Of a stretch of 64,000 bases of DNA, positions 1-14,949 are shown piece after piece (positions within the stretch are counted from its first letter, which is position 1; each line of letters opens with the position of its first letter). The DNA comes from Rubrivivax sp. (GTDB taxonomy: Bacteria; Pseudomonadota; Gammaproteobacteria; Burkholderiales; Burkholderiaceae_C), in assembly GCA_046318395.1 (NCBI GenBank), contig JBKCUM010000192.1, positions 73 to 64,072 of the forward strand. Direction: 5' to 3'. A model generated the notes under the pieces. The model searched no databases, was not told where the DNA came from, and saw only the letters and a list, made by a program, of their open reading frames with translations. The position numbers were made by a program, and so were the translations under genes.

Positions 1-759
1 TACCTGTACGACCGCGGCAACCGCCGCCGGCGCGAGCAGCACCTCATCAACCGCCTGCTGCTGTGGCGCACCGACCTGGCCGTGACCATCAGCGACTACG
101 TGGCCCGCGACCTGCAGCAGCACTTCGGTTTTCGCAAACCCATCGTGCGCATCTACAACGGCGCGCGCAACAGCTGCGGCGAGGCGCAGGAAGCCGTACC
201 CGGCCTGGTGCCGGGCCAGTACCTGTTCCACCTGAGCCGCATGGCGGCCACCAAGAACCCGCGCGCGCTGCTGAACCTGGCCGCGGTCTGGCCCGAGCAA
301 GCCTTTCTGCTGGCCGGGCCTGCCAGCTTCGACAGCGAGACTTTGCGCGCGGAAATCACCCAGCGTGGGCTGCACAACGTCAGCATCCTCAACGACGTGT
401 CGGACGCCCAGAAAGCCTGGTTGTTCGCCCACTGCAAGGGCTTTCTGCTGCCCTCGCTGACCGAAGGTTTCGGCCTGCCGCTGATCGAGGCCATGCACCA
501 CGGCGTGCCGGTGTTTGCGTCCGACCGCACCTGCCTGCCGGAGATTGGCGGCGACTGTGTCTTTTACTGGCCCAGCTTCGAGCCCGCCGCCATGAAACAG
601 GTGGTGCAGGACGGCCTGGCCGCGGCCCAGCAGCCGGGTTTTGCGCAGCGGCTGAAGGCCCGCGCCGCCAGCTTCAACTGGCCCGACTGCGCCCAGCAGT
701 ACCTGCAGCTGTACCTGCAGCAGGCCGGTGTGGCGGGCGCGCTGGCCCACGCCGGATAA
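1..759 (+). CDS. glycosyltransferase family 1 (GT4-like), 5' end outside window
   Basis: Frame 1 is open from nt 1 (YLYDRGNRRR...) and continuous with track ORF 82..759. GT1 C-terminal signature SLTEGFGLPLIEAMHHGVPVFASD..LPEIGG. TAA stop 757-759. Confidence 0.8.
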   Translation, partial: YLYDRGNRRRREQHLINRLLLWRTDLAVTISDYVARDLQQHFGFRKPIVRIYNGARNSCGEAQEAVPGLVPGQYLFHLSRMAATKNPRALLNLAAVWPEQAFLLAGPASFDSETLRAEITQRGLHNVSILNDVSDAQKAWLFAHCKGFLLPSLTEGFGLPLIEAMHHGVPVFASDRTCLPEIGGDCVFYWPSFEPAAMKQVVQDGLAAAQQPGFAQRLKARAASFNWPDCAQQYLQLYLQQAGVAGALAHAG

Positions 760-768
760 TCCCGGCCC

Positions 769-1734
769 ATGCAGGTACACCGTGGTTTTTTCGGCCCCCA
801 GGGGCGCCCTTTGCTGCCCGACGGCTGTGCGCTGACCATCGGCAACTTCGACGGTGTGCACCGCGGCCACCAGGCCATGCTGGCGCTGTTGATCAGCGAA
901 GCACGCCACCGCGGCCTGCCCAGCTGTGTGCTGACCTTCGAGCCGCACCCGCGCGACTTCTTCGCCGCGCGCAGCGGCCGGCCTGAACTGGCGCCGGCGC
1001 GCATCGCCACGCTGCGCGACAAGCTGGCCGAACTGCAACGCTGCGGTGTGGACCACGTGGTGGTGGCGCGCTTCGACGAACGGTTTGCCGCGCAGCCGCC
1101 GCAGGCCTTCATCGACGACCTGCTGCAACGCGGCCTGAACGCGCGCTACGTGCTGGTGGGCGACGATTTCCGATTCGGAGCCCAGCGCGCCGGCACCTAC
1201 GCACTGCTGGACGAGGCCGGCGCGGCCCAGGGTTTCGACGTGGCGCGCATGAACAGCTACGAGGTGCATGGCCTGCGTGTCAGCAGCTCGGCCGTGCGCC
1301 AGGCCCTGGCCGCGGGCGACATGAAACAGGCCGCGCAGCTGCTGGGCCGGCCCTACAGCATCAGCGGCCACGTGGTGCACGGCGCCAAGCTGGGCCGCAC
1401 GCTGGGTTTTCGCACGCTGAACCTGCGCTTTGCGCACGCCAAACCGGCGGCCATGGGCATCTTCGTGGTGCAGGTGCATGGGCTGACGCCGCAGCCCCTG
1501 CCCGGCGTGGCCAGCCTGGGCGTGCGCCCGACGGTGGAAGACGCCGGGCGCGTGCTGCTGGAAACCCACTGCCTGCAATGGCCGCTGGCCACCGACGCCG
1601 GTTACGGCCAGCTGCTGCGGGTGGACCTGCTGCACAAGCTGCACGACGAACGCAAGTACGCCGGCCTGGCCGAACTGACGGCCGGCATCGCGCAAGACGA
1701 GGCCGACGCGCGCGCCTGGTTCGCCGCACGGTGA
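769..1734 (+). CDS. ribF: bifunctional riboflavin kinase / FAD synthetase
   Basis: ATG 769. Nucleotidyltransferase motif GNFDGVHRGHQ near the N-terminus; riboflavin-kinase half (LGRTLGFRTLNL, LLRVDLLHKLHDERKY). Conserved position upstream of ileS. Confidence 0.9.
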   Translation: MQVHRGFFGPQGRPLLPDGCALTIGNFDGVHRGHQAMLALLISEARHRGLPSCVLTFEPHPRDFFAARSGRPELAPARIATLRDKLAELQRCGVDHVVVARFDERFAAQPPQAFIDDLLQRGLNARYVLVGDDFRFGAQRAGTYALLDEAGAAQGFDVARMNSYEVHGLRVSSSAVRQALAAGDMKQAAQLLGRPYSISGHVVHGAKLGRTLGFRTLNLRFAHAKPAAMGIFVVQVHGLTPQPLPGVASLGVRPTVEDAGRVLLETHCLQWPLATDAGYGQLLRVDLLHKLHDERKYAGLAELTAGIAQDEADARAWFAAR

Positions 1735-2095
1735 AGGGGTGTGTTGAAGGGTCGCGGTGAGGGGTCGCGTTCAGGCGGCACGATCTGGCACCCGCCCAGG
1801 CCACTCGTCGACCGACCGCGCGCCCAGGGGCGCCCGGTAGAATCGGCCCCATGCGACCGTCCTTGGCCCCCCGCACCCCCGCCTGCGCCCGCGCAGGCCG
1901 TGGCGGCAGTTCACCCTGCCAGGCCACCCGCCGCCAAACCACGCGCGACCGAATTTGACGCGGTGCGGCGACGGCGCCTGCGTGCGCTGCCGCCGCGCCG
2001 CGCCACCGTCCGCTCGCTGCGGCCGCCCTGCCTGAGCACTTGGCGCCCGCCCCACGCACCCTTTGCACGCGCACCGGCCCCGGTGTGCCACGGCC

Positions 2096-4969
2096 ATGAA
2101 CGACACCACCCGCCCTGAAGCCCCCCAGACCAGCAGCGCCCCGGCCGCGCCGGACTACCGCGCCACGCTGAACCTGCCCGACACGCCCTTCCCCATGCGC
2201 GGCGACCTGCCCAAGCGCGAGCCGGGCTGGGTGAAGCAGTGGCAAGAAGAGGGCCGCTACCAGCGCCTGCGCGACGCCCGCCACGGCGCGCCGCTGTTCG
2301 TGCTGCACGACGGCCCGCCTTATGCCAACGGCCAGATCCACATGGGCCACGCCGTCAACAAGGTGCTGAAGGACATGATCGTCAAGGCCCGCCAGCTGGC
2401 CGGCTACGACGCACGCTACGTGCCGGGCTGGGACTGCCACGGCCTGCCCATCGAAAACGCCATCGAAAAACAGTTCGGCCGCAACCTCAGCCGCGACGAC
2501 ATGCAGGCCAAGGGCCGCGCCTACGCCACAGCGCAGATCGCCCAGCAGATGGGCGACTTCCAGCGTCTGGGCGTGCTGGGCGACTGGGAACACCGCTACG
2601 CCACCATGGACCCGGTCAGCGAGGCCGACCAGATCCGCGCCTTCAAGCGTGTGATCGAACGTGGTTTTGTCTACCGCGGCCTGAAGCCCGTGTACTGGTG
2701 CTTCGACTGCGGCTCCAGCCTGGCCGAGTTCGAGATCGAATACGCCGACAAGAAGAGCACCACGCTGGACGTGGCCTTCCTGTGCGCCGAACCCGAGAAG
2801 CTGGCCGCGGCTTTCGGCCTGGGACGGCTGGAGAAGGACGCCTTCGCCGTCATCTGGACGACGACGGCCTGGACCATCCCCGCCAACCAGGCGCTGAACC
2901 TGAAACCGGCGCTGTAATACGCGCTGGTGGACACGGAGCGCGGCCTGCTGGTTCTGGCAGCGTCGTTGGTCGAGCAGTGCATGGAACGTTATGGCCTGCA
3001 GGGCACCGTGCTGGCCACCACGCTGGGTGAAAAGCTGGGCGGCCTGAACTTCCGCCACCCCTTGGCCCACGTGGACGCAGGCTACGACCGCCTGAGCCCC
3101 GTCTACCTGGCCGACTACGCCACGGCCGACGACGGCACCGGCCTCGTGCACAGCAGCCCGGCCTATGGCCTGGAAGACTTCAACTCGTGCGTGCAGCACG
3201 GCATGAAGTACGACGAGATCCTGAACCCGGTGCAGGGCAACGGCACCTACGCCGCCGACTTCCCGCTGTTCGGCGGCCTGCACATCTGGAAGGCCGTGCC
3301 CGTCATCATCGAAGCGCTGCGCAACGCCGGGCGCTTGATGACCACCAAGGACATCACGCACAGCTACCCGCACTGCTGGCGCCACAAGACGCCGGTGATC
3401 TACCGCGCCGCTGCGCAGTGGTTCATCCGCATGGACGAGGGCGAAGGCGTGTTCACCGTGGACAAGGCGCCCAAGACGCTGCGCCAGCTGGCGCTGGACG
3501 CCATCGACCAGACCGGTTTCTTCCCCGAAAACGGCCGCGCCCGCCTGCGCGACATGATTGCCAACCGGCCCGACTGGTGCATCAGCCGCCAGCGCAGCTG
3601 GGGCGTGCCCGTGCCCTTCTTCCTGCACAAGGACAGCGGCGAACTGCACCCGCGCACCATGGCCATCCTGGACCAGGCCGCCGACATCGTGCAGGCCGGT
3701 GGCATCGAGGCCTGGAGCCGTGTCAGCGTGGAAGACATGCTGGGCGCCGAAGACGCACCGCACTACACCAAGAGCAGCGACATCCTGGAGGTGTGGTTCG
3801 ACAGCGGCGGCACCTTCTGGCACGTGCTGCGTGGCCAGCACCCCGGCGGCTTCCACGAAGACGGCCCCGAGGCCGACCTGTACCTGGAAGGCCACGACCA
3901 GCACCGCGGCTGGTTCCACAGCTCGCTGCTGCTGGCCTGTGCGCTGTTCGACCGCGCGCCCTACCGCGGCCTGCTGACCCACGGCTTCACCGTGGACAGC
4001 CAGGGCCGCAAGATGAGCAAGAGCCTGGGCAACGGCATCGACCCGCAGCAGGTCAGCCAGAAGCTGGGCGCCGAGATCATCCGCCTGTGGGTGGCGGCGT
4101 CCGACTACTCGGGCGACATCGCCGGTGACGACAAGATCCTGGCGCGGGTGGTGGACAGCTACCGCCGCATCCGCAACACGCTGCGTTTCCTGCTGGCCAA
4201 CGTCAGCGACTTCGACGTGCAGACCGACAGCGTCGGGCCCGACGAGCTGTTGGAGATCGACCGCTACGCGCTGTCGCGCGCGGCCGAGCTGCAGGCGGAG
4301 ATCCTGGGCCACTTCGAGGTGTATGAGTTCCACCCGGTGGTGGCCAAGCTGCAGGTCTACTGCAGCGAGGACCTGGGCGCCTTCTACCTGGACGTGCTGA
4401 AAGACCGCCTGTACACCACCGCTCCCAAGAGCGTGGCGCGGCGCAGTGCGCAAACGGCGCTGTGGCACATCACCCAGGCCATGCTGCGCTGGATGGCGCC
4501 TTTCCTGAGCTTCACCGCCGAAGAAGCCTGGGGCGTGTTCGCCCCCGGCCGCGACAGCATCTTCGTGGAGACCTACTGGCCGCTGGCCACGCCCGACGAG
4601 GCCCTGCTGGCCAAGTGGGCCGCCATCCGCGAAGTGCGCGAGGCCGTCAACAAGGCCATCGAGGCCGTGCGTGCCGAAGGCGGTGTGGGTTCGTCGCTGC
4701 AGGCCAACGTCACCGTCACCGCGCCGGCCGACACCCACGCGCTGCTGGCCAGCCTGGGGGAAGACCTGAAGTTCGTGCTGATCACGTCGGCCGTCACGCT
4801 GCAAGCGGGTGAAGCCTTGGCCGTGCAGGTCACGCCCAGCACCGCGACCAAGTGCGAACGCTGCTGGCACTGGCGCGACGACGTGGGCCACGACGCGGCC
4901 CACCCTGGCCTGTGCGGCCGCTGCACCAGCAACCTGCACGGCGAAGGTGAGGCGCGCCTGGCGGCCTGA
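2096..4969 (+). pseudogene. ileS: isoleucine--tRNA ligase interrupted by a single in-frame TAA at 2915-2917
   Basis: Track ORFs 2063..2917 and 2927..4969 are in the same frame and read through as ...[20 protein letters not shown].... Class I signatures HMGH (HIGH) and KMSKS; C-terminal Zn knuckle CERCWHW..CGRC. Likely start ATG 2096 (MNDTTRPE). Confidence 0.85.
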
Positions 4970-4997
4970 CCGCGCCCGCCCGGCCACCCCCGCCCCA

Positions 4998-5025
4998 GCC
5001 GCCGGCACCCCCGGCGGCTTTTTTT
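4998..5025 (+). terminator. Rho-independent terminator after ileS
   Basis: Perfect 8-bp GC stem GCCGCCGG/CCGGCGGC (4998-5005 / 5011-5018), 5-nt loop, then TTTTTTT (5019-5025). About 30 nt after the ileS stop. Confidence 0.75.
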
Positions 5026-5130
5026 CGCCCCGCCACAACCCTGAGGTGCGAGCCGGCCAGCGCGTGTTAAAAATGCGCGACAGCCCCGCAGCGCGCCATT
5101 GGCTGGCGCGACGGCAGCCAGACACCGCCC

Positions 5131-9504
<4,374 letters not shown>

Positions 9505-9618
9505 CAGCCGGCGTGGCTGAACCGGCCGAGCGCGACAACCCGCCCGCGGCCGGCCCTCTCGGCCAGCGGCTACAGTAGCGCCCCCGACCCGCGCCTTGCC
9601 GCGCCCCAGCCGCCCGCC

Positions 9619-10140
9619 ATGCCTTCCAAGTCCAAGTCTTCCCCGCGTTCACCCCTGTTGCTCTGGCTGGCCCTGGCCCTGCTGGTGGTGCTGGCCGACC
9701 AGTTCACCAAGACGCTGATCCTGGGCTGGTTCCAGCTGGGTGACAGCCGACCGGTGACCGACTTCTTCAACCTGGTCCGGGTGCACAACCACGGCGCGGC
9801 CTTCAGCTTTCTGGCCGGCGCCTCGGGCTGGCAACGCTGGTTCTTCATCGGCCTGGGCACGGTGGCCTCGGGCTTCATCGTCTGGATGCTGACGCGCCAT
9901 GCCGCGCAGAAGCTGTTCGCCTTCGCCATCACCATGATCCTGGGCGGTGCCGTGGGCAACGTGCTGGACCGCGTGCTGCATGGCTACGTGGTCGACTTCC
10001 TGCAGTTCCGCTTCAGCCTGCTGGAAGGCCTGTTCAGCGGCGGCTACTTCCCCAGCTTCAACCTCGCCGACGCGGCCATCACGCTGGGCGCGGCTTGTTT
10101 GATCCTGGACGAGGTGCTGCGCGTGCGCCGCGGCGGCTGA
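9619..10140 (+). CDS. lspA: lipoprotein signal peptidase (signal peptidase II)
   Basis: 173 aa, four hydrophobic segments. LspA motifs [11 protein letters not shown] and FNLADAAI. Normally the gene immediately after ileS. Confidence 0.9.
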   Translation: MPSKSKSSPRSPLLLWLALALLVVLADQFTKTLILGWFQLGDSRPVTDFFNLVRVHNHGAAFSFLAGASGWQRWFFIGLGTVASGFIVWMLTRHAAQKLFAFAITMILGGAVGNVLDRVLHGYVVDFLQFRFSLLEGLFSGGYFPSFNLADAAITLGAACLILDEVLRVRRGG

Positions 10141-10235
10141 AAACCGGCCCTGGCTTGACGCGCATCAAGCAGCCACCCCTTCGCCCCGGGCTGCCCCGGG
10201 TGGACGGCCGCCCAGCCGCGGCCTAGTCTGCCGCC

Positions 10236-11045
10236 ATGCAGCCCGAAGCCCCCACCGCCGTCAGCCCCACCGCCGCGCCCGCGGACCCCGCGGCCTCGGA
10301 GCCGGTCAGCCCGGCCTTGGTGCTGCGCGAGCTGGGCTACGCCGACCCGCTGCGCTGGCTGGCGCTGGGCTGGCGCGACTTCCGCCGCTGCCCGGGCATC
10401 GGCCTGTTCTACGGCGCTTGTTTTGTGCTGATGGGCTGGTTGCTGATGAAGGTGTACGAACACGCACCGGCCTACACGCTGGCGCTGTCGGCCGGCTTCC
10501 TGCTGATGGGGCCTTTCCTGTGCCTGGGCCTGTACCGCGCCAGCCAGCAGCTGGAGGCCGGCGAAGCGCCGGACTTCGGCGACGCGCTGATGGCCTGGGA
10601 CACCCGCACCGCGCAGCTGGGCATCTTCGGCTTCGTGCTGCTGGTGCTGGAGATGCTGTGGGGCCGCGCCACCCTGGTCATCTTCGCCGTCAGCTTCGAC
10701 GGCATGCCCGACCTCAAGGGCTCACTGCTGGCCCTGCTGGACCCTGAGAACATCGGCTTCATCACCGCCTGGCTGGCCGTGGGCGCAGTGTTCGCCGGGC
10801 TGATCTTCTCGGTCAGCGTGGTGGCCATGCCGATGATCCTGCACCGCCAGACCGACGCCATCACCGCTGGCCTGACCAGCCTGCGCCTGGTGCTCACGCA
10901 GACCGGCGTGATGCTGTGGTGGGGCGCCCTGCTGGCCGGCAGCGTGCTGCTGGCCCTGTTGCCGTGGTTCCTGGGCCTGCTGGTGGTGGGCCCGGTGCTG
11001 GGCCACGCCTCGTGGCACGCCTACCGGGCGGCGGTGCAGGACTGA
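10236..11045 (+). CDS. DUF2189-family integral membrane protein
   Basis: 269 aa, multiple TM segments. N-terminal LRWLALGWRDFRRCPGIGLFYG pattern is typical of DUF2189 (recognised from memory). Confidence 0.65.
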   Translation: MQPEAPTAVSPTAAPADPAASEPVSPALVLRELGYADPLRWLALGWRDFRRCPGIGLFYGACFVLMGWLLMKVYEHAPAYTLALSAGFLLMGPFLCLGLYRASQQLEAGEAPDFGDALMAWDTRTAQLGIFGFVLLVLEMLWGRATLVIFAVSFDGMPDLKGSLLALLDPENIGFITAWLAVGAVFAGLIFSVSVVAMPMILHRQTDAITAGLTSLRLVLTQTGVMLWWGALLAGSVLLALLPWFLGLLVVGPVLGHASWHAYRAAVQD

Positions 11046-11090
11046 AACCACGCGGGCAGGCCGGGCGCGCCAGCGCCTGGCCACCCGCCC

Positions 11091-12074
11091 TCAGGGCATC
11101 AACACCGTGCAGCCGGTGGTCTTGCGCGCTTCCAGGTCGCGGTGGGCCTGGGCCACCTCGGCCAGCGGGTAACGCTGGTCGATGCGGATCGTCACCGCGC
11201 CGCTCTGCACCACGGCGAACAGGTCATCGGCCATGGCCTGGGTGGCCTCGCGCGTGGCGATGTGGGTGAACAGCGTCTGGCGCGTCAGGTACAGCGAACC
11301 CTTGGGCCCCAGGATGCCGGGCGACACCGGCGCCACCGGGCCACTGGCGTTGCCGAAGCTGGCCATCAGGCCGAAGGGGCGCAGGCAGTCCAGGCTCTTC
11401 TCGAAGGTGTCCTTGCCGATGCTGTCGTACACCACCTTCACGCCGCGGCCGCCGGTGATGTCCTTCACCCGCGCCACAAAGTCTTCGCGCGTGTAGTCGA
11501 TGGCGTGCGCCGCGCCGTGCTCCAGCGCCAGCTGGCATTTGGCCGCACCACCGGCCGTGCCGATGAGCCGCAGGCCCAGGGCTTTGGCCCATTGGCAAGC
11601 GATCAGCCCCACACCACCGGCGGCGGCGTGGAACAGCACGAAGTCGCCGCGCTCCAGGCCTTCCACGGGCCGCGTGCGCTTCAGCAGGTACTGCGCCGTC
11701 AGGCCCTTCAGCATCATGGCCGCGCCGGTGTCGAAAGCGATGCCATCGGGCAGCTTGCACACGTTCTTGGCCGGCATCACGCGCAGCTCGCAGTAGCTGC
11801 CGGGCGGGTTGCTGGCGTAGGCGGCGCGGTCGCCCACCTGCAGGTGCGTCACGCCGGCGCCCACGGCCTCCACCACGCCCGCGCCTTCCATGCCCAGCGT
11901 CAGCGGCAGCGGGTTGGCGTACAGGCCGGTGCGCTGGTAGACGTCGATGAAGTTCAGCCCACAGGCGTGGTGGCGGATGCGCACCTCGCCCGGGCCGGGC
12001 TCGCCGACCGGCAGGTCAACCAACTGCATCTGTTCGGGGCCGCCAAAGGCGGTGATCTGGATGGCACGGGGCAT
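11091..12074 (-). CDS. NADPH:quinone oxidoreductase (zeta-crystallin/MDR family)
   Basis: Inner ATG 12074 (MPRAIQITAFGGPEQ...) preceded by AGGAGA; 327 aa. MDR motifs GLNFIDVY, GMEGAGVVEAVG, AAGGVG. The 5' extension of the track ORF is Arg/Gly-rich junk. Confidence 0.85.
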   Translation of the reverse strand: MPRAIQITAFGGPEQMQLVDLPVGEPGPGEVRIRHHACGLNFIDVYQRTGLYANPLPLTLGMEGAGVVEAVGAGVTHLQVGDRAAYASNPPGSYCELRVMPAKNVCKLPDGIAFDTGAAMMLKGLTAQYLLKRTRPVEGLERGDFVLFHAAAGGVGLIACQWAKALGLRLIGTAGGAAKCQLALEHGAAHAIDYTREDFVARVKDITGGRGVKVVYDSIGKDTFEKSLDCLRPFGLMASFGNASGPVAPVSPGILGPKGSLYLTRQTLFTHIATREATQAMADDLFAVVQSGAVTIRIDQRYPLAEVAQAHRDLEARKTTGCTVLMP

Positions 12075-12221
12075 GGGGTCTCCTGTGGGTGGTGGGTGCG
12101 GCGGGCCGAGGCCGGCGCTGCGGCCGATGATGCCCAGCCGCGCCGGGCGCCGGCCTGCACAAATGCAGAGGGCCGGCTGCAAGCCTAAGCCAAGCCGTGC
12201 GCGCGCGTGCGGCGTGGCAAC

Positions 12222-13199
12222 ATGGCCCGCATGTCCATGACCACTTCCGCAACGGCACCACCGGGCGCCGCTGCCGGCCTGACGCCCCGTGTCGCGGCCT
12301 TGCTGATGCTGCCGCCCCTGCTGTGGGCCGGCAACGCCCTGACCGGCCGGCTGCTGGCCGACACCGTGCCCCCGCTGATGCTGAACGCGCTGCGCTGGTG
12401 GTTGGCCGGCTTGCTGCTGTTGCCGCTGGGCTGGCGCGTGCTGTCGCAGGCCCACCGCCGCGCCGAGTTGCGCGAACGCTGGCCTTCGCTGCTGCTGCTG
12501 GGCGGCTTGGGCATTGGCGCCTACAACGCCCTGCAGTACCAGGCGCTGCAAACCAGCACTCCGCTGAACGTGACGCTGATCGCCGCCAGCACACCGATGT
12601 GGATGATGCTGATCGGCCGCCTGTTCTACGGCGAACACCCCACCGCGCGCCAAGGCCTGGCGGCCCTGCTGTCACTGGCCGGCGTGCTGACGGTGTTGGC
12701 GCGTGGCGAATGGCAGCGCTTGGCGCAGATCGAGCTGGTGGGCGGTGACCTGTGGATGCTGCTGGCCGCCATCAGCTGGGCTTTCTACAGCTGGCAGCTG
12801 GCCCGCCCGCCGGCCAGCCTGCGCGGCGCGCAGCGGCCCGACTGGACCTGGGCCGAGTTCCTGCTGGCCCAGGTGCTGTTCGGCCTGCTGTGGGCCAGCA
12901 CGGCAGCGGGGGCCGAGGCCACGCTGTCCAGTGCCTACCACCTGCCGTCCTGGCCGTGGAGTGTGGGCTTGGTGGCGGCCCTGCTGTTCCTGGCGGCGGG
13001 GCCTTCGGTGCTGGCCTACCGCTGCTGGGGCCTGGGCGTGGCCGCCGCCGGGCCGGCCGTGGCCGGCTTCTTCGCCAACCTGACACCGCTGTTTGCTGCG
13101 GTGCTGTCGGCCTGGTGGTTGGGCCAGTGGCCGCAGCCTTACCACGGGCTGGCCTTTGCGCTCATCGTGGGCGGCATCGTCGTGTCCAGCCGACGCTAG
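12222..13199 (+). CDS. EamA/DMT-family transporter
   Basis: About 10 hydrophobic segments in two EamA-like halves. Start ambiguous (GTG 12207, ATG 12222/12231/12237). Confidence 0.75.
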   Translation: MARMSMTTSATAPPGAAAGLTPRVAALLMLPPLLWAGNALTGRLLADTVPPLMLNALRWWLAGLLLLPLGWRVLSQAHRRAELRERWPSLLLLGGLGIGAYNALQYQALQTSTPLNVTLIAASTPMWMMLIGRLFYGEHPTARQGLAALLSLAGVLTVLARGEWQRLAQIELVGGDLWMLLAAISWAFYSWQLARPPASLRGAQRPDWTWAEFLLAQVLFGLLWASTAAGAEATLSSAYHLPSWPWSVGLVAALLFLAAGPSVLAYRCWGLGVAAAGPAVAGFFANLTPLFAAVLSAWWLGQWPQPYHGLAFALIVGGIVVSSRR

Positions 13200-13232
13200 C
13201 CCGCCTGGGCCGACACAGCGGCCCGACGCCAG

Positions 13233-13895
13233 TCAGGCGCTTCGGTCGCGCCGACGCTGGGCCGCCAACAGGCCCAAGGCGGCGCCGGCCAGCAGCAGGC
13301 TGGTGGGTTCGGGCACGTCCACCGGCGGCGTGGCCGCGGTCAGCGTGATGTTGTCGAAGAACGCGCCGTTCACACCGGTGGCGCCCTTGCCCAAGGTGAC
13401 GCCCACCTGCAGCGTGTGGGTGCCAGCACCCAGGCCGCTGAGGGCCTGCGACACATTCAGCCAAGTGGCGTCCAGGTCGCCGCTGGCGATGCTGACGCTG
13501 TCGAACTGCACGTCGAAGCTGCAGCCGTTGCACTGGTTGCTGGCCGTCCACAGCGAGAGCACGTAGTCACCGGCCGTGGCCAGGCTGATGTCGATGCTGG
13601 CCCAGACCGATTCACCACCGAAGTTGTCACCGTCGTTGCCTGGACCGATGAAGGTGTGCAGCGCACCCTGACCCTGGTAGACATAGGCCGAGCTGACCAC
13701 GGCGTCGTAGGGCTTGGTGGTGCTGCCAGCCGTCCAGCCCGAGAGCGGGCTTTCGAAGTCCTGCGAGAACACCACGCTGGCCTGTGCCGTGCCGGCGCCC
13801 CAAACCGCACAGGCGGCCAGCACCCAAGGCGTGGCCAGGCGCCCCGCGCGGTTCAAGGCCAGAGCGGCGCGTGGGAAAGCGGCGGTGGTCGACAT
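13233..13895 (-). CDS. PEP-CTERM sorting-domain secreted protein
   Basis: ATG 13895 preceded by AGGAGG. Signal peptide (..AACAVWGAGTAQA). C-terminal VPEPTSLLLAGAALGLLAAQRRR, which is the PEP motif plus TM plus basic tail. Confidence 0.75.
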   Translation of the reverse strand: MSTTAAFPRAALALNRAGRLATPWVLAACAVWGAGTAQASVVFSQDFESPLSGWTAGSTTKPYDAVVSSAYVYQGQGALHTFIGPGNDGDNFGGESVWASIDISLATAGDYVLSLWTASNQCNGCSFDVQFDSVSIASGDLDATWLNVSQALSGLGAGTHTLQVGVTLGKGATGVNGAFFDNITLTAATPPVDVPEPTSLLLAGAALGLLAAQRRRDRSA

Positions 13896-14107
13896 GGACG
13901 TCCTCCTGGAATCCGGTGGTGGTGAACCACTGTAGACCGCCGCCCCCCGGCCATGCACGGCCGGCGGCGGGCACCATGTGTCAAGGCGTAACGGCAATAC
14001 CTGCAAGGAAACCGCGCGGCACGCGTGCTCTTCAGGTGAACCTGGTTTACCGGGCACCTTCATCCCAAGCGGGGGGCGGGCTGCGCCCAGCCCGGCCCTG
14101 GGGGCGC

Positions 14108-14905
14108 TCAGAAGGTGCCGGGGTAGGCGCCGCCGTCCATCAGCAGGTTCTGGCCGGTCACATAACCCGCATGTTGGCTGCACAAGAAGGCGCAGAAGGC
14201 ACCGAACTCCTGGGCCGTGCCAAAGCGCTGGGCGGGGTTCAGCTGGCGGCGTGCATCGAGCACGGCCTCCACGCTCTGTCCGCTTTTCTGCGCCGCCCCC
14301 ACGGCCGTGCCACGCAAGCGGTCGGTGTCGAAAGGCCCGGGCAGCAGGCCGTTGATGGTGACGTTGCGGCCCACCAGGCGCGGCTGGCGCGCCAGGCCGG
14401 CCACGAAGCCGGTGAGGCCGCTGCGCGCGCCGTTGCTCAGGCCCAGGATGTCGATGGGCGCTTTCACCGCGGCCGAGGTGATGTTGACCACACGGCCGAA
14501 ACCACGCTCGGCCATGCCGTCCACCGTGGCCTTGATGAGCTCGATGGGCGTCAGCATGTTGGCGTCCAGCGCCTTCAGCCAGGCTTCGCGGTCCCAGTCG
14601 CGGAAATCACCCGGCGGCGGGCCACCGGCGTTGTTCACCAGGATGTCTACCTGCCCCGGCACCGGAAACGCCGCGAGCGCCGCGGCGCGGCCTTCGGGCG
14701 TGGTGATGTCGCCCACCACGGCCAACACCTGCACCGCCGGGTTCAGTGCGCGCAGCTCGGCCGCGGTGGCCTGCAACGCGGCTTCACCGCGTGCGGTGAT
14801 GACCACGTTCACCCCCTCGCCCACCAGCGCCTGTGCGCAGCCCTTGCCCAAGCCTTTGCTGGCGGCACACACCAGCGCCCATTTGCCTTGAATACCCAGG
14901 TCCAT
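14108..14905 (-). CDS. SDR-family oxidoreductase
   Basis: ATG 14905 preceded by AAGGAG; 265 aa. Cofactor motif ASKGLGKG; NNAG motif. Confidence 0.85.
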   Translation of the reverse strand: MDLGIQGKWALVCAASKGLGKGCAQALVGEGVNVVITARGEAALQATAAELRALNPAVQVLAVVGDITTPEGRAAALAAFPVPGQVDILVNNAGGPPPGDFRDWDREAWLKALDANMLTPIELIKATVDGMAERGFGRVVNITSAAVKAPIDILGLSNGARSGLTGFVAGLARQPRLVGRNVTINGLLPGPFDTDRLRGTAVGAAQKSGQSVEAVLDARRQLNPAQRFGTAQEFGAFCAFLCSQHAGYVTGQNLLMDGGAYPGTF

Positions 14906-14949
14906 CTTGGAACTCCTTGTGGTTCGAATTGAAATCGGCGCGCGGCCGT

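Noticed and set aside
1838-1843. TAGAAT hexamer as an ileS promoter -10 element (and TAAAAT at 62017-62022 upstream of fpr)
   Set aside because: AT-rich hexamers are rare here and therefore eye-catching. However, I could not find convincing -35 elements at proper spacing, and the ileS one would imply a 250-nt leader. This is too weak to annotate without transcript data.
1361-5125. 1254-aa minus-strand ORF covering ribF and ileS
   Set aside because: It is antisense to two genes with unmistakable family motifs. Its translation is Ala/Arg/Gly/Pro/Val-rich with no recognisable domains. This is the classic shadow ORF of high-GC DNA, where stop codons are rare in the mirror frame.
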